From: a virus
Taxonomy: Duplodnaviria; Caudoviricetes
IMG/VR virus record: IMGVR_UViG_3300025704_002224
Location: 1-52,581 of that record
Length of the DNA stretch: 52,581 nt
Reading direction: 5' to 3' (one strand)
Positions 48,007 to 52,581 of the stretch are shown here, in pieces (the first letter of the stretch is position 1; each line of letters opens with the position of its first letter). Made by a program: the position numbers and the translations under genes. Under the pieces are notes generated by a model that did no database searches, was not told where the DNA came from, and saw only the letters and a list, made by a program, of their open reading frames with translations.

Positions 48007-48227
48007 AAGCAGTAGTATGGAGCAAGCCGGCATGTCCTTATTGTGATAAGGCAAAGAATCTACTCAAAAACAAAGGAATAGAGTACGAAGAAAAGAACAT
48101 AGCGGAAGGACACAAGATACAGGACCTGTTAGAACTTGTACCCAATGCAAGGACCATGCCCCAGATATGGCTTGATGGAGAACACCTTGGCGGCTATCAC
48201 GAGTTGGAAAAGAAACTCCAGGACTGA
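48003..48227 (+). CDS. grx: Glutaredoxin
   Basis: CPYC, RTMPQI, GGY. Confidence 0.95.
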   Translation: MKAVVWSKPACPYCDKAKNLLKNKGIEYEEKNIAEGHKIQDLLELVPNARTMPQIWLDGEHLGGYHELEKKLQD

Positions 48228-48230
48228 TAA

Positions 48231-48352
48231 GTTTGCAAGGTAAATATTGGTGTAACGCCATTGTCCAAATGACGTCGGAAAAACTGGACGCCTGAGCAAC
48301 TGCTCTTTACTTGATAAAAGAACGCCCTTCCGTACGCAAAGATCTTGCCAAC
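48231..48352 (+). ncRNA. Candidate structured non-coding RNA with possible pseudoknot (strand uncertain)
   Basis: Closing GCAAG/CTTGC; hairpins TGGTG/CGCCA, GTCCA/TGGAC, TCTTT/AAAGA; loop CGGAA complementary to TTCCG. Confidence 0.5.
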
Positions 48353-48380
48353 ATTTACAAAAAAAGGTATAATAAGTAAG

Positions 48381-49514
48381 ATGAAAAATATTTGCATAAT
48401 GCCCTGGATCGCTGTTGACAGGAACAGGAATAATGTCGTGGGCAGAACCACACTCACACCTTGTTGTTTTTATGAACCCGAGGGTGAACATCGTGACATA
48501 GAATCTTATTGGAACAGTGACGAAACAATCAAACTTCGTAAAGACCTTCTTGCAGGCAAAAGGCCTAAAGGTTGCAGACTTTGTTGGAAAGCAGAGGACA
48601 ACGGCATTACTAGCACGAGGCAGAGGATCAACGAAGGCAGACTGGAAGAGTACAAAGAAAGACTCTCGCAAACCAAGATGGAACTCCCACCCACCCAGAT
48701 CAAATACACTGTTGGGCAAGAGTGTAACCTCGCTTGTAGGATGTGCCTTCCCACTTTCAGTACAAAGGTAAAAAAGGTTTGGGATATTCTTGGCAAAACA
48801 CAAGACATGGAGTTGGACACGTTAATGAACACTCCGGATTATATTCTCGAGAACAGGAAACATATAAGTTATGTGGATATAACGGGAGGCGAGCCGTTCT
48901 ACCACAAGAAAGCAAAGAACCTTTTAAGGGAGTTGATAAGGACCGGTGACAACGAACATATCACTTTACACATAACAACCAATGCCACGAGGATAGATTT
49001 AGACACAGTGGCATTGATCAAAAAATTCAAAGACGTAGTTTTGACTATCAGCGTAGACGGTGTGGGTGATGTGCAAGAATACATAAGACCTGGTTGCAAT
49101 TGGAACAAGTTGTCAGAGAACATAAGACTTCTGAAAACGAATGGGATATCGTTACAGGTAGCATCAACAATAAGTGTAATGACAATATTGCGATTGCCGG
49201 ACCTGGAGGATTGGTGTAATAAGAATGACATATTCTGGTCACACCCGGGATTGATTGATAAGCCGGGAGAACTGTCTCCTCACAATCTACCATATCAACT
49301 ACACTACCTCGTGCCTGAAAAATACAAAAAGTACGTGGAGCCAGAAGCCACACACGATCCAGTAAATTTCATTAAACAACTTGATCAATACTGGAAGACT
49401 GACATAACCAAAGTTATGCCCGAGTGGAAAAGAGTTTTTGACAAACTACACTGGAAACAAAGCGATCATTTAGATAATCTCAACAACGTTGCAGAAAAGT
49501 ACGTCAATGGATAA
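48381..49514 (+). CDS. Radical SAM protein with twitch-like Cys module
   Basis: C..PW...PCC, CRLC, CNLACRMC, GGEP, TTN.T, SVDG....EYIR; promoter TTGCCA-N17-TATAAT at 48345-48373. Confidence 0.9.
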   Translation: MKNICIMPWIAVDRNRNNVVGRTTLTPCCFYEPEGEHRDIESYWNSDETIKLRKDLLAGKRPKGCRLCWKAEDNGITSTRQRINEGRLEEYKERLSQTKMELPPTQIKYTVGQECNLACRMCLPTFSTKVKKVWDILGKTQDMELDTLMNTPDYILENRKHISYVDITGGEPFYHKKAKNLLRELIRTGDNEHITLHITTNATRIDLDTVALIKKFKDVVLTISVDGVGDVQEYIRPGCNWNKLSENIRLLKTNGISLQVASTISVMTILRLPDLEDWCNKNDIFWSHPGLIDKPGELSPHNLPYQLHYLVPEKYKKYVEPEATHDPVNFIKQLDQYWKTDITKVMPEWKRVFDKLHWKQSDHLDNLNNVAEKYVNG

Positions 49515-50502
49515 TTCAGTTAGCAAACACTACGAGCAGATGAAATGGATTATTGCCAAGGCAGAACTAGTAGACAATCACAAAAGAGGATCCTTGTCCT
49601 ACCAAAAGCCGAAGTCTTCATCAACGTTTGACATGCACGAAAGAGTAAGTGGACTACACCTTGGACTAAGATCCGCAAATTTACCCGATATAGTGAGCTG
49701 GCTAAAGTCTATCAAGGTAGACATGTATGAATTCAATCACTCAGAAGACAAGATACAAAGTTCATCACTGCCCGACATTGGTATGCATTGGGACGAATAC
49801 GAATGCGAACCAATGTCGGCCACAGTACACACGGTGCTTGAATTTATGCAACAGCACAGAGACAGAACACCCGTGGTGCTTAAAAATGAATATTGGTATC
49901 ATCAAAAACTTGCACAAAGGACAATAGAAAAACTAGATGATCTATCCAAGGATGATCTTTTAATATTAAGTGTGCCTTTCTACAGCAATTTCAAGAACCA
50001 TGGCTTTGTTAATAAAATTCTGTCAACTTGCACAGAAATAGGAGTACCTGTGCTACTAGACATCATATGGTTGCCCCTGACCAAGGAAGTTATAAAACTT
50101 ACTCACACCGATTGTGTCGAGGTAGTCACACACAGTATATCCAAAATGTTGCCCATGGCAGGAATGAAGGGTGGTTTTGCATACTGGAAGAAGCCTGTGA
50201 GCAAAGAGCAATCATTGTACCCATTGGGCAACAAACTGATCTATCACATATGCAAAAGATACTTGAATGAATTTGGTTATCACTACGTGAGGGATAGATT
50301 TGTTCCTTACCAAAATAAATGGTGTAAAATATTCGGAATCGACACACACGATCTTTGTTATGTGGGCAGTATTCCAAAAGGCCATTGGCTAGAGACAGAA
50401 AATTTACATGTACATGATTTCAATATTGATAATAAACTTTTCAATCTCGTACCTTACATGGAGAATGATATCGTTTTAACTAGGTTCCTGCAGGACAATT
50501 GA
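49507..50502 (+). CDS. PLP-dependent aminotransferase-like protein
   Basis: LSVPF, GVPVLLD, SISK...G.K.G (PLP-lysine-like motif). Confidence 0.55.
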   Translation: MDNSVSKHYEQMKWIIAKAELVDNHKRGSLSYQKPKSSSTFDMHERVSGLHLGLRSANLPDIVSWLKSIKVDMYEFNHSEDKIQSSSLPDIGMHWDEYECEPMSATVHTVLEFMQQHRDRTPVVLKNEYWYHQKLAQRTIEKLDDLSKDDLLILSVPFYSNFKNHGFVNKILSTCTEIGVPVLLDIIWLPLTKEVIKLTHTDCVEVVTHSISKMLPMAGMKGGFAYWKKPVSKEQSLYPLGNKLIYHICKRYLNEFGYHYVRDRFVPYQNKWCKIFGIDTHDLCYVGSIPKGHWLETENLHVHDFNIDNKLFNLVPYMENDIVLTRFLQDN

Positions 50503-50527
50503 CAAATACCAAAATATAAAGTATAAT
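50499..50527 (+). promoter_or_regulatory. sigma70-type promoter
   Basis: TTGACA-N17-TATAAT. Confidence 0.8.
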
Positions 50528-50575
50528 TAGAAACACAAGGAGACAAATGATAAAAGAAACACTGAACAAACTGTA

Positions 50576-50902
50576 ATGACATACACTGTCAATGACAAGT
50601 GTATAATGTGTAAACACACAGACTGTGTGGAGGTGTGTCCGGTGGACTGCTTCTACGAGGGAGAGAACATGCTGGTAATCAATCCAGACGAGTGCATAGA
50701 TTGTGGAGTTTGTGAGCCGGAGTGTCCAGAGGACGCCATAAGGCCAGACTCTGACGATGAAGGGAAAGCATGGGTGGACTTCAACACCAAGTGGTCGACC
50801 GCGGGTTGGCCAGTACTAGCAACTAAAAAAGATTCGCTCGATCCAGATGGCACACACAAGGACGAGCCAAACAAACTTGAGAAATATTTCAAGGACAAGT
50901 AA
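50576..50902 (+). CDS. fdxA: Ferredoxin (7Fe FdxA type)
   Basis: [38 protein letters not shown]. Confidence 0.95.
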   Translation: MTYTVNDKCIMCKHTDCVEVCPVDCFYEGENMLVINPDECIDCGVCEPECPEDAIRPDSDDEGKAWVDFNTKWSTAGWPVLATKKDSLDPDGTHKDEPNKLEKYFKDK

Positions 50903-50914
50903 TGAAAGAACAAT

Positions 50915-51103
50915 ATGAAAAGAGACAAGAAGAAATCAAAATGGCAGGCCAGACGAGAGAAGGAGGCCAGCGAGAATTCACAGTTCGATCCCAAGATACA
51001 TCAACTGGGTAGAGAGGGATACGGATTCCAAATGAAACGAGACATCGAGGCAACCGAAGAGGAACTGTCAGGCAAGAACCTGCCATTCAAAACAGAGAAA
51101 TGA
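50915..51103 (+). CDS. Small hypothetical protein
   Basis: 62-aa ORF within operon. Confidence 0.6.
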   Translation: MKRDKKKSKWQARREKEASENSQFDPKIHQLGREGYGFQMKRDIEATEEELSGKNLPFKTEK

Positions 51104-51501
51104 TCATAGACAAGATCACAGAGATGGGGGAGAACCTGAAACTGTTGGAAGGACACGACAGGCTACACTATCTCATAGACAAGGCCAAGGAGATAGAACC
51201 ACTTCCAGAGTCTGCTAAGAACGAAGAGAACAGGATACGTGGTTGTGCAAGTAAACTATGGCTGATAGGTGGTGTACGTGAGGACGGCACAATGATGTAC
51301 CAGGTGGACGGAGACGCACACCTCAGCAAAGGCACAGCAAAAGTTGTCACCGACATTGTTAACGGTGCCCACAGGAGTGAAGTAGCAAATCTCACAGTTG
51401 AAAGTTTCACACCGTTGGGCATAAAAGAATTACTCACAATGCAGAGACAAAACGGATTGGGAGAACTAATAGACAGAATAATAAGGATAGCACATGATTG
51501 A
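51100..51501 (+). CDS. sufE: SufE Fe-S sulfur acceptor
   Basis: DR..YLI, NRIRGCAS.LW, D.DA...KG, L...RQNG. Confidence 0.9.
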   Translation: MIIDKITEMGENLKLLEGHDRLHYLIDKAKEIEPLPESAKNEENRIRGCASKLWLIGGVREDGTMMYQVDGDAHLSKGTAKVVTDIVNGAHRSEVANLTVESFTPLGIKELLTMQRQNGLGELIDRIIRIAHD

Positions 51502-51892
51502 CATGCCACCAGGATGGGTACCCAACAATGACGCATCAGTTGACCCACATCTAGAATGTGATCTAAAAGAGATAAAAGAACATCCACCAACACAACAGGA
51601 GTACATGCCTCGTATAGTTGAGAAACTTAAGGAGTGTTATGATCCAGAGATCAGCGTGGACATATACAATCTGGGCCTGATATACGATGTTAAAGTCACA
51701 GAGGACGGTCACGTCCATGTGTTGATGAGCCTGACAAGTGCATTCTGTCCAGCGGCAGACATCATCCCACAAGATGTGAAAATGAAAGTAGAGAGTATAC
51801 CAAATCTTAAATGCAAGGTCAAGATAACAATGCAACCACAATGGGGGCGAGACATGATCAATCCAGAGATCCGTGAGCTGATGGGACTATGA
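51494..51892 (+). CDS. sufT: DUF59/SufT-like Fe-S assembly protein
   Basis: YDPEI.VDIYNLGLIYDV, MSLTS..CP.A, P.W. Confidence 0.85.
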   Translation: MIDMPPGWVPNNDASVDPHLECDLKEIKEHPPTQQEYMPRIVEKLKECYDPEISVDIYNLGLIYDVKVTEDGHVHVLMSLTSAFCPAADIIPQDVKMKVESIPNLKCKVKITMQPQWGRDMINPEIRELMGL

Positions 51893-52524
51893 TGAAAGTA
51901 GAACTAATAGATAAAATGGGCACAGACCTATCTGTTGTCAATGCGGCACGGGTAAGTTACTCCAAGACCAAAGAAGCATTTGACGTGGTCAAGGATGAGA
52001 AGTTAATAAAGTACCTAGCGGAACACGAACACTGGTCACCGTTCGCACATGCATCATTACAGTTCAGGATTAAAGCACCCATATTCGTTGCGAGGCAACT
52101 GGTCAAACACCAAGTGGGTCTTGTGTGGAACGAGGTATCAAGACGCTACGTGGACCATGCACCAGAACTGTACAAACCAGACTCATGGAGGGGCAGACCA
52201 CAGAATTCAAAACAGGGTTCGGATGGAGAAGTAGAACTGGACCAGACAATCAATCACAACATGGAGACCACGATGCAGAACTGCCTCGTGCTGTACAAGT
52301 CATTGTTGCAGAAGGGTGTGGCACCGGAACAGGCACGTATGGTTCTACCACAGAGCATGATGACCGAATGGTATTGGTCAGGCACACTGTACGCATTCGC
52401 TAGGGTGTGTAACCTGAGATGCAAACCAGACACACAACGAGAAACACAGGAGGTGGCCAACGACATCGATAGACTGACTAATGAGGCGTTTCCAAGAAGT
52501 TGGAAGCATTTAAGAAAAATTTAA
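51889..52524 (+). CDS. thyX: FAD-dependent thymidylate synthase
   Basis: VNAARVS, H.SPF.H, ARQLVKH, NEVSRRY, EQARMVLP. Confidence 0.97.
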   Translation: MMKVELIDKMGTDLSVVNAARVSYSKTKEAFDVVKDEKLIKYLAEHEHWSPFAHASLQFRIKAPIFVARQLVKHQVGLVWNEVSRRYVDHAPELYKPDSWRGRPQNSKQGSDGEVELDQTINHNMETTMQNCLVLYKSLLQKGVAPEQARMVLPQSMMTEWYWSGTLYAFARVCNLRCKPDTQRETQEVANDIDRLTNEAFPRSWKHLRKI

Positions 52525-52551
52525 CAAATCTGTAACATAACTTTAACATAA
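52519..52551 (+). promoter_or_regulatory. Pho-box-like 11-bp tandem repeats
   Basis: ATTTAACAAAT-CTGTAACATAA-CTTTAACATAA, followed by TAAATA at 52559. Confidence 0.55.
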
Positions 52552-52581
52552 CATATATTAAATAGGAACGAAGATGGAACA

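Noticed and set aside
48129-48803. 224-aa minus-strand ORF spanning the 48231-48352 gap
   Set aside because: Antisense to grx and the radical SAM gene; no recognisable motifs
1-52581. CRISPR array, intron/intein in nrdA/nrdB/thyX/clpX, transposase, reverse transcriptase/DGR, stop-codon recoding
   Set aside because: No repeat-spacer array seen; these genes are normal length and uninterrupted; no RT or transposase motifs; genes close normally with TAA, TAG and TGA

Overview
This window looks like a 52.6-kb segment of a large dsDNA tailed phage (T4-like or jumbo, probably marine). Evidence: dense, mostly + strand genes, sigma70-type TTGACA-N16/17-TATAAT promoters, a recurrent TAAATA late-promoter-like motif, and PAAR, tailspike, nrdAB and thyX genes. 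An alphaproteobacterial host is inferred from the two-piece (circularly permuted) tmRNA and a DUF1178-like gene. Notable content: (1) a translation-rescue/proteostasis set (tmRNA with an LAA-ending tag, ClpX, ClpS, Hsp20 with a ROSE-like leader, bS21); (2) two TctA+TctC transporter cassettes with no TctB in view, each next to tailoring enzymes; (3) a DGQHR/ParB-like gene, an acidic gene and an EHxxP HNH-like gene, followed by a promoter-driven ~155-nt highly folded non-coding element; (4) other unexplained structured intergenic elements; (5) Fe-S genes (fdxA, sufE, sufT-like, grx, two radical SAM); (6) glycan-modification genes; (7) widespread leaderless gene starts. All calls come from reading motifs by eye; no searches or folding programs were run.
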